Virus record (IMG/VR): IMGVR_UViG_3300011441_000017
Span: 1 to 44,928 of that record
Reading direction: 5' to 3' (one strand)
DNA from: a virus
Taxonomy: Duplodnaviria; Caudoviricetes
DNA: 44,928 nucleotides
The notes below the pieces were generated by a model. That model saw nothing but the letters and a program-made list of their open reading frames with translations. It was not told where the DNA came from and did not search any database. Of this stretch, positions 25,128 through 34,091 are shown in pieces. Within the stretch, counting starts at the first letter, position 1. Every line of letters starts with the position of its first letter. The position numbers and the translations under genes are program-made.

Positions 25128-25513
25128 TAGGTCGGCTCCTTCGGCTTCGGCGCGTAGACAACCTCGATGCCGAGCGATGGGAGCATGTCAGGCGTCGCCC
25201 GGACGGCGCGCGGCCGCTTCATCTGCGCGGCGCGTTCCCACTCGGCCTGAATCGTGCGCGCCTGGCTCGCGTCGAGCGTGCCACTCCCGACACGGACCCG
25301 GGCCGCGGTCTGTAGCGACTCCTCAGCCTCCAGGCGGGGCAGCATCTTGAGGCAGGCCCTTATGACCCCGAGCGGGATGACGCTGAGCCACGACGTCGGC
25401 TCGCCCCCGTAGAACCGGAGGAGCCGCGGGATACTTTCGTCCCACCCGACCGGCCTCCCATCAGACCCGCTCTCGCTCGCAGGAGGCTCGGCGACAAGAG
25501 CGCAGTAAAAGCC
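25127..25513 (-). CDS. Tail assembly chaperone C-terminal part (gpT-like, probably reached by -1 frameshift)
   Basis: Open -1 frame overlapping the chaperone and ending at the tape measure start. Confidence 0.55.
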   Translation of the reverse strand, partial: GFYCALVAEPPASESGSDGRPVGWDESIPRLLRFYGGEPTSWLSVIPLGVIRACLKMLPRLEAEESLQTAARVRVGSGTLDASQARTIQAEWERAAQMKRPRAVRATPDMLPSLGIEVVYAPKPKEPT

Positions 25514-25806
25514 TGGCAAATGAAGAGGCGATTCAGATCGCCCAGCCGATCGCAGACGTCGGACGGGGCGACCAGCGCGACCCGGCACAGCGTGTCGAGG
25601 AGCGTCGTCAGTTCCTTGTTTTGGCGCTTGTCGCGCGTCTGGATGCCGAGGAGCGCCGCCACGCGCGGCCAGAGCTGCTCCATCAGGCCATACTCGGCGA
25701 GCGTGAGATCGCTGGGAGACTTGATGAGGTACGAGACGCCATCGACCTTGATGTTCTGGCGTTCGTAGTCAGTGGTGAGATCGAGAATCGGTGTCGGGAC
25801 GGCCAT
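25360..25806 (-). CDS. Tail assembly chaperone (gpG-like)
   Basis: AGGAG then ATG; position between tail tube and tape measure. Confidence 0.7.
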   Translation of the reverse strand: MAVPTPILDLTTDYERQNIKVDGVSYLIKSPSDLTLAEYGLMEQLWPRVAALLGIQTRDKRQNKELTTLLDTLCRVALVAPSDVCDRLGDLNRLFICQAFTALLSPSLLRARAGLMGGRSGGTKVSRGSSGSTGASRRRGSASSRSGS

Positions 25807-26005
25807 GGATTGCTCCTGCGCCTGTGGTCGTGTCTTCGGCGGACACGACGATCACGTCAATACCGCGCCGTCGGCAGTCGTGCTCAAGAGTCGCCAGGTC
25901 TGCGGCCGCCCGCGCGAGATACTCGCGATGCAGGCGAATCGCCTTCTTGTGCTGCGCCACCGCCGCGCGCAGCCGCACGACCTGCGCGGATAGGCTCTCG
26001 CCCAT
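25769..26005 (-). CDS. Small coiled-coil hypothetical protein
   Basis: 78 aa heptad-like; fills the gap after the tube gene. Confidence 0.5.
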   Translation of the reverse strand: MGESLSAQVVRLRAAVAQHKKAIRLHREYLARAAADLATLEHDCRRRGIDVIVVSAEDTTTGAGAIHGRPDTDSRSHH

Positions 26006-26011
26006 TCGGCG

Positions 26012-26623
26012 TTAGCTGTTGGCCCAGTTGTCCTGGATGACGAGCCGACCGAAGTATTCCTCGGCGCTCTGAGACGGATCGACGAGCCCCATCCATTCGA
26101 GCGCGAGCGCCGCGGGCCGGTCCTTGCGGTAGATCACCGTCGGACTGCCCTGCTGGGCCGCAATGGGGAACTCATACTGCATCTTCCAGTTCGCGCCGTA
26201 GGGCGACGAGTCCGCGCGCGCGAGCAGCGCCATCGTGTCGACGGTGAACCCGCGCGAGAGGCCGATCTTCCGATACCCGGCCGTGCCCACGCCGGCGGCG
26301 ACGTCGGTCACCGTGTTCCGGTTGATCGCGTGCTTGTAATGCTCGAGGGTCACGTCGACGAGGGTTATGCGGATGATCACGTCTTCGTCGACCCGGAACA
26401 CCTTGCGCGAGCCGGCGTCGCCGAGGGACCGCCAGGGGTTCAGGTTCTGTCGATGCTCGACGACGACGCCCTCGTCGCTGTCGTAGTTCAGCGGGCCGGA
26501 GGTGCCGATCTTCACCCACGCGGCCGCGGGGACGGCGTCGACCAACGGGAACGCCGTGCCGACGACCGCGGCATACAAGGTGAATGGCGCTGCCAATACC
26601 TCGTAGGGGACTGTGTTGGCCAT
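26012..26623 (-). CDS. Major tail tube protein
   Basis: AGGAG RBS; 203 aa; AWVKIGTSG..GVVVEH; canonical position. Confidence 0.8.
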   Translation of the reverse strand: MANTVPYEVLAAPFTLYAAVVGTAFPLVDAVPAAAWVKIGTSGPLNYDSDEGVVVEHRQNLNPWRSLGDAGSRKVFRVDEDVIIRITLVDVTLEHYKHAINRNTVTDVAAGVGTAGYRKIGLSRGFTVDTMALLARADSSPYGANWKMQYEFPIAAQQGSPTVIYRKDRPAALALEWMGLVDPSQSAEEYFGRLVIQDNWANS

Positions 26624-26638
26624 GTGTCTCTCCTGCTC

Positions 26639-27187
26639 CTACGCGGCTTGCCGCATGACGAATCGCAGTTCCGACTGCAAGTTTTTGACGAGCTGTTCAC
26701 GTGCGCGCGCGAGCCCGATCTCGACGTGCTTCACGAAGACGTGCGCGATCGATGGTCCGAAGAGCTCGCGAATCGGGAGCCGCCGGGTGTCCCGGCGCAT
26801 GAAGACGCCGCGATGGCCGCTCTTCATCTCCGCGATGAACGCGTTCGGATAGCGACCCGCGCCGCCAGGCATCCGGGCGGTGACACCGCGACCACGCCCT
26901 CGAGAGGGCTCAGGACCGCGCGCGTTGAAGTCAATCAAGGGGATCCGCTTCGCGCTCGCCTTGAGCGCCGCGGTCTGGTGGTCAGGGGTGGCCGGCGCCA
27001 CGATGACCTTGTCGCGGATGTCGGCCTGCTTCACGCCCATGTCCTGGGCGACGAGCCGGACCATGAGGGTCTTGCCGCTGGCGATCGACTTGTTCAACGC
27101 GCGCGCAATCGCGATCGGTGCCTGCAACCGGAGGTTATCCAGGGCCCGTTCGGTCTGCTTCGTGTTGAGGGTCAGTTTCGCGATCAC
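26639..27187 (-). CDS. Tail completion protein, lambda gpZ-like
   Basis: AIARALNK...AFIAEMKSGHRGVFMR..RLPIRELFGPSI. Confidence 0.8.
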   Translation of the reverse strand: MIAKLTLNTKQTERALDNLRLQAPIAIARALNKSIASGKTLMVRLVAQDMGVKQADIRDKVIVAPATPDHQTAALKASAKRIPLIDFNARGPEPSRGRGRGVTARMPGGAGRYPNAFIAEMKSGHRGVFMRRDTRRLPIRELFGPSIAHVFVKHVEIGLARAREQLVKNLQSELRFVMRQAA

Positions 27188-27216
27188 GCGAAGGCTCCTA
27201 TGAGAAAATAGGGGCC

Positions 27217-27843
27217 ATGCAAAAGACCGCCGACCTGTCCGGCCGCACGTTCGGACGCCTGACTGTTCTGTCGAGATCCGCGCTCGGCGCGAAACACGCC
27301 GCGTGGAATTGCCGGTGCGAATGCGGCACCGAGAAGGTCATCAGGGGCGAGCATTTGAACCGAGGAAGAATCGTGTCGTGCGGCTGTCACATGCGCACCT
27401 GCGCGACCACGCACGGCCACTACAAGTCGCCTGAATATTTCGTCTGGGATCGAATGTGGCAACGCTGCACAAACGACAAGGAACCTGGCTACACAAACTA
27501 CGGCGGCCGCGGCATAACGGTCGATCCTGCGTGGAAGAAATTCGAACAGTTCTACACGGACATGGGTAGGCGCCCAACCTCGGCACACAGCATTGACCGC
27601 AAAGACAACGACGGTCCATACGCGCCATGGAACTGCCGGTGGGCGACACGCACTGAACAGAGCCGAAACAAACGAAGCAATCGCCTGCTCACATTTCAAG
27701 GCGAGACCCTGACGCTGACTGACTGGGCGATTAGAATCGGCATTCGTCGAGCCACGCTCGAGCAGCGTGTCGTCGACTCTAAGTGGCCTATTGAAAAGGC
27801 CCTGACAACGCCGGTTCATGGAGTGCCCCATCCCTCTTCGTAG
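27217..27843 (+). CDS. HNH-type homing endonuclease-like protein, antisense to the tail operon
   Basis: DLSGRTFGRLTV, WNCRCECG, SCGC, YGGRGI, HSIDRKDNDGPYAPWNCRWAT..QSRN. Confidence 0.85.
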   Translation: MQKTADLSGRTFGRLTVLSRSALGAKHAAWNCRCECGTEKVIRGEHLNRGRIVSCGCHMRTCATTHGHYKSPEYFVWDRMWQRCTNDKEPGYTNYGGRGITVDPAWKKFEQFYTDMGRRPTSAHSIDRKDNDGPYAPWNCRWATRTEQSRNKRSNRLLTFQGETLTLTDWAIRIGIRRATLEQRVVDSKWPIEKALTTPVHGVPHPSS

Positions 27844-28271
27844 CGCACTAAGTACGTGACGGCCGCGCCGACATACGTGCTACCTGATTCCCGCTGCAAC
27901 GTCTGCACCGTGCCGCGTTCGAACGGCCACTGCAGCACCCCATCCAAGTAGCGATCCGGTAACTCGATCCCGCGCTTGATGTCGCCGATCACTTGCTCGA
28001 TCGCCAGATACGGCTGACTGAGATCCGCGTTCACAATCGCCACGATGTTGACGGGCAATCCGACCTGCAGCTTCAGCCCGTCCTGGATCCATTGCGACTG
28101 CTCGACCCCGACCACGACCGCGATGATCTGCGCCGGGTCATCCGGACCGAGCGCCGGAATCTCCCCGAAGTGCACCTTCTGCCCGGCGTCCGTGTCGAAC
28201 CCGTTCGCCGTGCGAATCAGTTCCAGCCGGGCCACCAGCGTTTCGAGGATGCTCTGCCGGCGCGTGGCCAC
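27816..28271 (-). CDS. Tail terminator-like protein
   Basis: TRRQSILETLVARLELIRTANGFDTDAG; position before gpZ and tube. Confidence 0.65.
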   Translation of the reverse strand: MATRRQSILETLVARLELIRTANGFDTDAGQKVHFGEIPALGPDDPAQIIAVVVGVEQSQWIQDGLKLQVGLPVNIVAIVNADLSQPYLAIEQVIGDIKRGIELPDRYLDGVLQWPFERGTVQTLQRESGSTYVGAAVTYLVRYEEGWGTP

Positions 28272-28274
28272 GAC

Positions 28275-28640
28275 TCACACCTCGTCGTCGACTTCATCCG
28301 CCCGAATCTCCACCACGACGACCCGGGTGTGATCCGCTTCGACTCGCTCGACGCCGTCGACCCGCCAGTGCCGCGGCGCTTCGATGTCGCCGCCCTTCTC
28401 TGGCGCGTCAATCACCGTCCCCCGTAGGACCGTTGGCACCTCGAGCCGACTCAGCGCCATCACTCGGCGGGGTTCCCGTCGCTGGAACTCGCCGCCGACC
28501 GGCATGTCCTCCGTGATGGTCGTGATCCAGATCCCGCGCGTCTCGATACCAGCCGCGCCTGGCGGAGTCACCACCACGTCGATCCCGTGCGCCGCCAGAT
28601 TCAACTCCAGCGCGAGCGCCCGCAGCGACCCGAAGTCCAC
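28275..28640 (-). CDS. Head-tail joining (FII-like) protein
   Basis: 121 aa, beta-rich; follows the capsid cement gene. Confidence 0.6.
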   Translation of the reverse strand: MDFGSLRALALELNLAAHGIDVVVTPPGAAGIETRGIWITTITEDMPVGGEFQRREPRRVMALSRLEVPTVLRGTVIDAPEKGGDIEAPRHWRVDGVERVEADHTRVVVVEIRADEVDDEV

Positions 28641-28644
28641 CGGC

Positions 28645-28998
28645 TTACGTGCCGGTGTCGCTGGCGATGGCGTTCAGGTACACCGTGCCGATCGTGTCGG
28701 TCGCCCCCGAGGTGTTCGCCTCGACCGCGAAGCCCACCAGGAGGTTGCCCGCGCCGACCGTCGTGAACCGTCCGTTGCCGGCGTCCCAGAACACGCGCGC
28801 GCCTTCGGTCCAGGCCTGCGACGGCGCCTTTGTGTACCGCACCACGCCACGGATCAGCGCGTTGAACCGGATGTTGATCGCGGCGGTCACCGTCGGCACC
28901 ACCAGCACGTTCCCGATCTGCTTCGGCACGCCGGTGGTCACACCGCCAGACGGCGCCGTGAACTCCAGGACTTCGCCGGGCTGACTGTAATTTTCCAT
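28645..28998 (-). CDS. DUF2190-like capsid cement/decoration protein
   Basis: MENYSQPGEVLEFTAPSGGV...AWTEGARVFWD...LVGFAV. Confidence 0.85.
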   Translation of the reverse strand: MENYSQPGEVLEFTAPSGGVTTGVPKQIGNVLVVPTVTAAINIRFNALIRGVVRYTKAPSQAWTEGARVFWDAGNGRFTTVGAGNLLVGFAVEANTSGATDTIGTVYLNAIASDTGT

Positions 28999-29043
28999 GT
29001 GTCTTCTGCTCCTGCTCCTGCAGCCTCTGCCTCAGCCCAGCGA

Positions 29044-30663
29044 CTAGCTGGCGTCGGTGCCGTCGCTCTTGTAGACGCCCCGGTGGTCGATCACTTTGGC
29101 GCCGACGTCCTCGCGGCACTTGATTTCCAGGCCGTCGATGTCGAAGCCGATCCGGCTCTCGATGACCGGTCCGGCCTGGCCCTCGAGGAACACGAGCTCG
29201 ACGATGTCGATCTGCGACACGGCGGCCGCGAGATACCAGGCGAAGGCGCTGCCGGTTGCGGTCAGCGCGCCGCCGCCGTAGCCGATCGTGATGCCCGCCT
29301 CGAGCCGCGGTTCGCAGATGACCTGGAGCTTGCCGGCGTAGGGGTTGACGGTGTTCTGCGTCGCCGCCTGCAGGTTCACGCTCACGAACTGCTCGGCCTT
29401 GACCTTCTTCGTCGGCGGCACGATCAGGTACTGCGGCTGCACTGAGATCAGCGTGACGGCGTCGAGCCCCTTCTGGAGGAGCATCGCCTTCTCGGCCGCG
29501 CCCACGTTCGCGACGGTGATGTCGCCGGCGCCCTGATAGTTCAGGTGGGCGGCCGAGAACAGCGCGTTCCCGTCGTTCATGTTCGCGTTCTTGAGGATCT
29601 GGTACCAGACCAGGTCCGACTCGAGGTTCCGCGCCATGCGCCCGAACTTCGTCGGCACGCGCGAGAACGCGTCGGTGTCGTCGTTGACCAGCGACTGACG
29701 GGTGATGGCGAACACGCGGCCGTAGGTGGCCGCCTGGACCTGCTCGCGGCCTTCCTCGATCGTGCCGCGCGTGAACTCGCCGTGCTCGAGCACCGGGCGC
29801 AGGGCCGGCGCATCGCCGATCTGCACGCGATTCGCGAGCTTGAAGTCCGGGACCGACCCGATCCGGGTGATCGCCATGAAGGTCTGCGGCGCCGCCTCGT
29901 AGTCCGCCCGCAAGCTCTTGTTGGCGACGTCCGCCAGCAGGTACGGGAAGTCCGAGGTCGTGTTCATGCCGCCGCGGGTGTGGGTCAGGCCCAAGGCCAT
30001 ACCCGCGATCTCCATCCGCGACAGGTCGGTGATGCGCTCGCCGCGGGCCTGCAAGTAGACCTTCGCGACGTCGAGCATGCTCATGCCGCGGTATTCGCGG
30101 CCGATGGCTTCGAGTTTGAAATGCGTCGGGTTGACCCGATGCAACAGCGCGTTCAGGATGCCCGAGCGCGCGTGGACGAATGGGTCCTCCCCGATCTCGA
30201 CTGAACGCCGGGCGCCCCCGTTCGGGCCACTGGTCGGGCGCGGGTCGACCTGCTTCCGCATCTCCTCGAAGATGCGGGTCTGCGCGTCGAGCAGCCCGAC
30301 CTTCTCGTCGATCAGCTTGCGACCGAACGCCCGCGGCAGCTTGGCCGCGTCACACGCGTCCATGATGCCGGTCACGCGCTGGGTCTCGTGCTCGGCCGCG
30401 CGCTCGCCTTCGGTCGGCTCGGTCGGCTCCTCTGCCGCCGCCAGCCCGACGCGCAGGCCGCCAGCCATCGGGTTCTCGGTTCGGATGTATGTCGAGAGCC
30501 CCTGTTCGAGATGCCGAATCTCGGTGTCGAGCGCCTCGACCGTCGCCATCTTGGCGTCAAAGGCCGCGCGCGCGGCGTCGTCCTTGAACGTGCCGTCACT
30601 TCCGCGCAACGCCTCGGCGTCAGTCACGAGCTGGGCGCGCTTTGCCTTCAATTCCTTCAGCAT
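29044..30663 (-). CDS. Major capsid protein with N-terminal scaffold-like region
   Basis: TTSDFPYLLADVANKSL, SVPDFK, TYGRVFAITRQSLVNDD, YLIVPP, DVGAKVIDHRG. Confidence 0.92.
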   Translation of the reverse strand: MLKELKAKRAQLVTDAEALRGSDGTFKDDAARAAFDAKMATVEALDTEIRHLEQGLSTYIRTENPMAGGLRVGLAAAEEPTEPTEGERAAEHETQRVTGIMDACDAAKLPRAFGRKLIDEKVGLLDAQTRIFEEMRKQVDPRPTSGPNGGARRSVEIGEDPFVHARSGILNALLHRVNPTHFKLEAIGREYRGMSMLDVAKVYLQARGERITDLSRMEIAGMALGLTHTRGGMNTTSDFPYLLADVANKSLRADYEAAPQTFMAITRIGSVPDFKLANRVQIGDAPALRPVLEHGEFTRGTIEEGREQVQAATYGRVFAITRQSLVNDDTDAFSRVPTKFGRMARNLESDLVWYQILKNANMNDGNALFSAAHLNYQGAGDITVANVGAAEKAMLLQKGLDAVTLISVQPQYLIVPPTKKVKAEQFVSVNLQAATQNTVNPYAGKLQVICEPRLEAGITIGYGGGALTATGSAFAWYLAAAVSQIDIVELVFLEGQAGPVIESRIGFDIDGLEIKCREDVGAKVIDHRGVYKSDGTDAS

Positions 30664-30672
30664 GATGTCTCC

Positions 30673-31302
30673 CTAGCAGATGGCACGAGCCAACCGGAAA
30701 CGCCGATTGCGATCCGCATCGGCGACGCTCAGCACAGCCGCCGAACGCGTCACGACTTCGCATTTGTTGGTGTCGATATTCTGAGAGCGAATGCGGGCGC
30801 CGACATCAGCCGGCATCGGAACGAGCGAAATTTCGAACGGCTCCCACCGCGTGGCCACGCGCGTCGGGATCGCGCCGTTCTCGCCGGCGGTCTCTTCGAA
30901 TTTCAGAATCCGATAACCGACCGACACGGCTCGAATGACGCCGTCTCGCACGTCCTGCCAGATCGGCTCGACTGCCTCGCGCTTCGAAAAGCGAACGGTC
31001 GCGCGCGCTTCCTTAGCCGTGAGCTTCACGGTCCCAGGTTCGACGACGCCGATCTGATCGGTGATGGAGTAGGCCGAGTGCGCGTCCAACAGCGGCGCGC
31101 CTGAATTCAATCGGTCGAGGACGATGTCCCCAGGCTTGAGCGACAGGACTTCGCGGTAGCGCTTCCCGGAATACCAGTCGACCCGCTCGACTGCGGCTCC
31201 GGTGGAGAAAATTAGTTCGACGGTGCGCGCGGCATCGTTGACGGTCGCGACTTCAGCGCGAACGCACAGCGGCGGTACGTCAATCGTCTGCGAGCCCTGC
31301 AT
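30673..31302 (-). CDS. HK97-family prohead protease
   Basis: PLLDAH, AVSVGY, EISLVPMPAD. Confidence 0.9.
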   Translation of the reverse strand: MQGSQTIDVPPLCVRAEVATVNDAARTVELIFSTGAAVERVDWYSGKRYREVLSLKPGDIVLDRLNSGAPLLDAHSAYSITDQIGVVEPGTVKLTAKEARATVRFSKREAVEPIWQDVRDGVIRAVSVGYRILKFEETAGENGAIPTRVATRWEPFEISLVPMPADVGARIRSQNIDTNKCEVVTRSAAVLSVADADRNRRFRLARAIC

Positions 31303-31343
31303 GAATAAATGCAGGGTCGCACTGATATGGAAGTGCTTGGCCC

Positions 31344-31376
31344 CGCAGAGTTAGCGGGGGCGCAGAGTATGCGGGG
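31344..31376. promoter_or_regulatory. Tandem 16-bp repeat, putative operator upstream of protease/capsid
   Basis: cgcagagttagcgggg (31344-31359) and cgcagagtatgcgggg (31361-31376), 14/16 identical, next to an AT tract. Confidence 0.55.
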
Positions 31377-31387
31377 TAATTTTTATT

Positions 31388-31606
31388 TCACCAGCGGCAA
31401 GGCACAGCCGGCGCGTTGGGGGCTCTGAGCCAGCCTTTGCGGTGCAAAAGTTCTATGTGGCGTTGGGCGGACGAATGGTGCAACTCCAACTTCCGCGCGA
31501 CGTAGGAGGCCGGGCACGCTTCGCCGGTCGTACGGTAGTACGCGACGATCAAGTCGAGCACCATGCGCTGACGTCCGGTCAGCGTGACCAGCGAATCGCG
31601 ACTCAT
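31388..31606 (-). CDS. Small LexA-N-like winged-helix DNA-binding protein
   Basis: LTGRQRMVLDLIVAY...ASYVARKLEL..SSAQRHIELLHRKGWL. Confidence 0.75.
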   Translation of the reverse strand: MSRDSLVTLTGRQRMVLDLIVAYYRTTGEACPASYVARKLELHHSSAQRHIELLHRKGWLRAPNAPAVPCRW

Positions 31607-32517
31607 ACGGCCCCCTTGCGCTGCAACCGGCGGCGCTGCTGGCGTGTGAGCGGCGGCGGCGCGTTATCCTCAGGTACTGTGATCTCCGCAGCTCGTTCAG
31701 GATTCGTCAACTCGTCCGACGTGACCTGCATGTTCTGCGGCGCCTGCGAAATCATGGTGGTCCTCTTCGCTTCGTCCTCGAGCGCCCGCCATTCACTGAC
31801 GAGCGTGCTGTGGGCGCGCGAGACGTCCTCGCGGAGGAGGGTGGCCCGTTGGAGCCCCGACTTGTAGTGCACGATCCGCGTCACGGACGGATCGAACACG
31901 TCCCAGTGTTCGTCCTCACAGTTCCATTCCAGGCACGGCAACCGAAGGACGTCGAGCTCGTGCCGGTAGCCCTTGAACTGCGCCGGCCACGCCTGGTCCG
32001 GTTGCGTGAAGAGCATCCCCAGCGCGCTCTGGTTCATGCCGCCATACGCCGGCCGCCAGACGTCGTGCTCCTGCGGGTGCTCGAGCAGGAACCGGTTGAC
32101 GTCTCGCCACATCTGCATGAACCGCCGCGTGCGGTCCGAGACGCGCAGGAAGATCACCCCGCCGTTGAACGGATAGCGGGCCTCCTCGGGTTTTCGCGTG
32201 TAGGCCAGATCGAAGCGGCGCGTCCAGACGTCATCGAGCGGCCTGCGGATGATCGTGTCGCCGTCGATGAGGAGGAGGCGATCCCCGTCGGACGCCGCCG
32301 CCACGGCCGCCGCCCAGGCGTCCATCTTCCGGGTATTGTCCGCGTCGGGCTGTCGGCCCGTCGGGCTGTAAATCTCCGACGGACCGGTGTCGGCGACGTC
32401 CAGCGTCCACCCGGGACAGTGCGTGCGCGCGGTGTGCACGAGGACCTGCACCAACCGGGCCCAGTGCCCCTTCTGGGTGTCGTCGAAATACCGAACCACG
32501 AGACAAGGCGATGTCAC
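31603..32517 (-). CDS. GT-A glycosyltransferase (nucleotide-diphospho-sugar transferase/GT8-like)
   Basis: LLIDGD (DxD), FNGGVIF, NQSAL, WNC, IVHYK. Confidence 0.8.
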   Translation of the reverse strand: MTSPCLVVRYFDDTQKGHWARLVQVLVHTARTHCPGWTLDVADTGPSEIYSPTGRQPDADNTRKMDAWAAAVAAASDGDRLLLIDGDTIIRRPLDDVWTRRFDLAYTRKPEEARYPFNGGVIFLRVSDRTRRFMQMWRDVNRFLLEHPQEHDVWRPAYGGMNQSALGMLFTQPDQAWPAQFKGYRHELDVLRLPCLEWNCEDEHWDVFDPSVTRIVHYKSGLQRATLLREDVSRAHSTLVSEWRALEDEAKRTTMISQAPQNMQVTSDELTNPERAAEITVPEDNAPPPLTRQQRRRLQRKGAV

Positions 32518-34076
32518 CGGCGCCCTCCTGCGGCCAGGCGCAGCTGACGCGCGGCCGATTCCAGTTCATCGTCCTCATCCGCTGGCGTTGGCGCGGGCGC
32601 CTTAGCTTCGGGTTTCGGGACCGCTTTCCCCTGCAACTGCCCCGCCTGCGTCATCTGCCGCGGGTCGCTGTCGAGGATGAGCCCCAACTTGTCGAGCGCG
32701 ATGTTATCCGCGGCCATTTCGGCGAGGACGTCCTTCGGGTCGTAGCCGCGCTCGCGCAATGCCTCCGACAGGGTCATGATCCCCGCGCGCACGTTGCGCA
32801 TGTAGGCGAGGCCCTCGTTGACCGGGTCGATCATCGGCGCAGGCGGCGCGGTCCATTCCGCCGCGCCGACATCACCCGCCCCGAAGATCCCAGCGACTTC
32901 CATCGCCCAGCCCCAGACCGGATCGCAGAACTGCGGGATCAGCATCTTCCAGCGCCACGACTCGACCTTCTTCCAGTAGCGCAACCTGGACATCCGTGCC
33001 GCCGAGAACGGGAGCTCGGTGTAGTCCCCGGTCATGTCCTCGTAGGTCACGCCCAGACCGGAAGCAATCGCCCGGAGCGAGGTCTGCGAATAGTCGGCAT
33101 ACTCGCGGACCGTGGGCGGCTGGACGACGTTGATGGTTCGTCCCGCCGGCACGTTGAGGATCATGCCGGGTTCCAGGCTGTCGATCTGTGGGTCGACGCT
33201 CGTGTCGGTCGTGCCGAGCGGCGGCGCCGTGCCGTCGACGTCACTGGTGATGACCGCCAGGCACGCGGCGATCTTCTGCTTCATCAGCGTCGCGTCTTCG
33301 AATTCGTCGAAGTCCTTGAATCGCAGGAGGACCGGCGCGAACCACGGCACGCCGCGGACCTGGCCTGGCCGCAACGCCTTGAAGACGTGGAGGACGTTCG
33401 CCGCGGGCACCCGCACCGAGGTTGCTGTCGCAAAGCTCGACCCTGGATGTTCCTTGAAGAGCCAATAGGCGGACCGGCGACCGAGCGCGTCGTACTCGAC
33501 GCCCTGCACGATGCGGTTCCCGCCGGGCAGCACTCCGGCCGAGTCCTTGCTAGTGTCGAGGAAGTCCGGTTCGAGGATCTGCAGCTGCAGCGGGATCGGC
33601 AGGTTATCCTCGGGCAGCCGAAGCCGACGGCGGACGAGGCACTCGCCTGATTCCGCCACCGTGCGCATGATCAACTGCTGCAGCCCGTAGAAGTCGTGGC
33701 GGCCGTCCGCGTCACAGGCCGTCGTCCCGGCCCAGGCCTGCCAGACCTCCTGCGCGCGGCGGTTCCCCTTCTTCGGCTTGGCCACGATGCCCCACCCGAC
33801 CGTATCCTCGGCGATCGTGCTGAGCGCGCTTTCGGCGTGGGGATTGTTGCGCACCAGGTCGCGCGCGACGTCGCGCAGCGGCCCCAGGAACGGCCCGGTC
33901 GCCTGGACCGCGTCGGTCCCCGACCGCCGCCAGCCTTGCGTGCGTCGCCCCCCGCCAGCGGCTTCGTAGTGCCGGAGCGCGAGGTCGTGCGTCATCCGGG
34001 CCCTGAGGCGCTTCAACTGCCACCGCGGCGCGATCTGGCGCGCGACCCGGTCGATCCACGATTGCTGTATCTGCAT
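32514..34076 (-). CDS. Portal protein, lambda family
   Basis: ARDLVRNNP, LQLQILEPD, RPGQVRGVPW, FSAARM, MIDPVNE. Confidence 0.95.
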   Translation of the reverse strand: MQIQQSWIDRVARQIAPRWQLKRLRARMTHDLALRHYEAAGGGRRTQGWRRSGTDAVQATGPFLGPLRDVARDLVRNNPHAESALSTIAEDTVGWGIVAKPKKGNRRAQEVWQAWAGTTACDADGRHDFYGLQQLIMRTVAESGECLVRRRLRLPEDNLPIPLQLQILEPDFLDTSKDSAGVLPGGNRIVQGVEYDALGRRSAYWLFKEHPGSSFATATSVRVPAANVLHVFKALRPGQVRGVPWFAPVLLRFKDFDEFEDATLMKQKIAACLAVITSDVDGTAPPLGTTDTSVDPQIDSLEPGMILNVPAGRTINVVQPPTVREYADYSQTSLRAIASGLGVTYEDMTGDYTELPFSAARMSRLRYWKKVESWRWKMLIPQFCDPVWGWAMEVAGIFGAGDVGAAEWTAPPAPMIDPVNEGLAYMRNVRAGIMTLSEALRERGYDPKDVLAEMAADNIALDKLGLILDSDPRQMTQAGQLQGKAVPKPEAKAPAPTPADEDDELESAARQLRLAAGGRR

Positions 34077-34091
34077 CGAAGGTTCCCTTCC

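Noticed and set aside
27184-27831. Minus-strand 215-aa ORF in operon orientation
   Set aside because: The opposite strand encodes a clear HNH protein; this frame has no recognisable features
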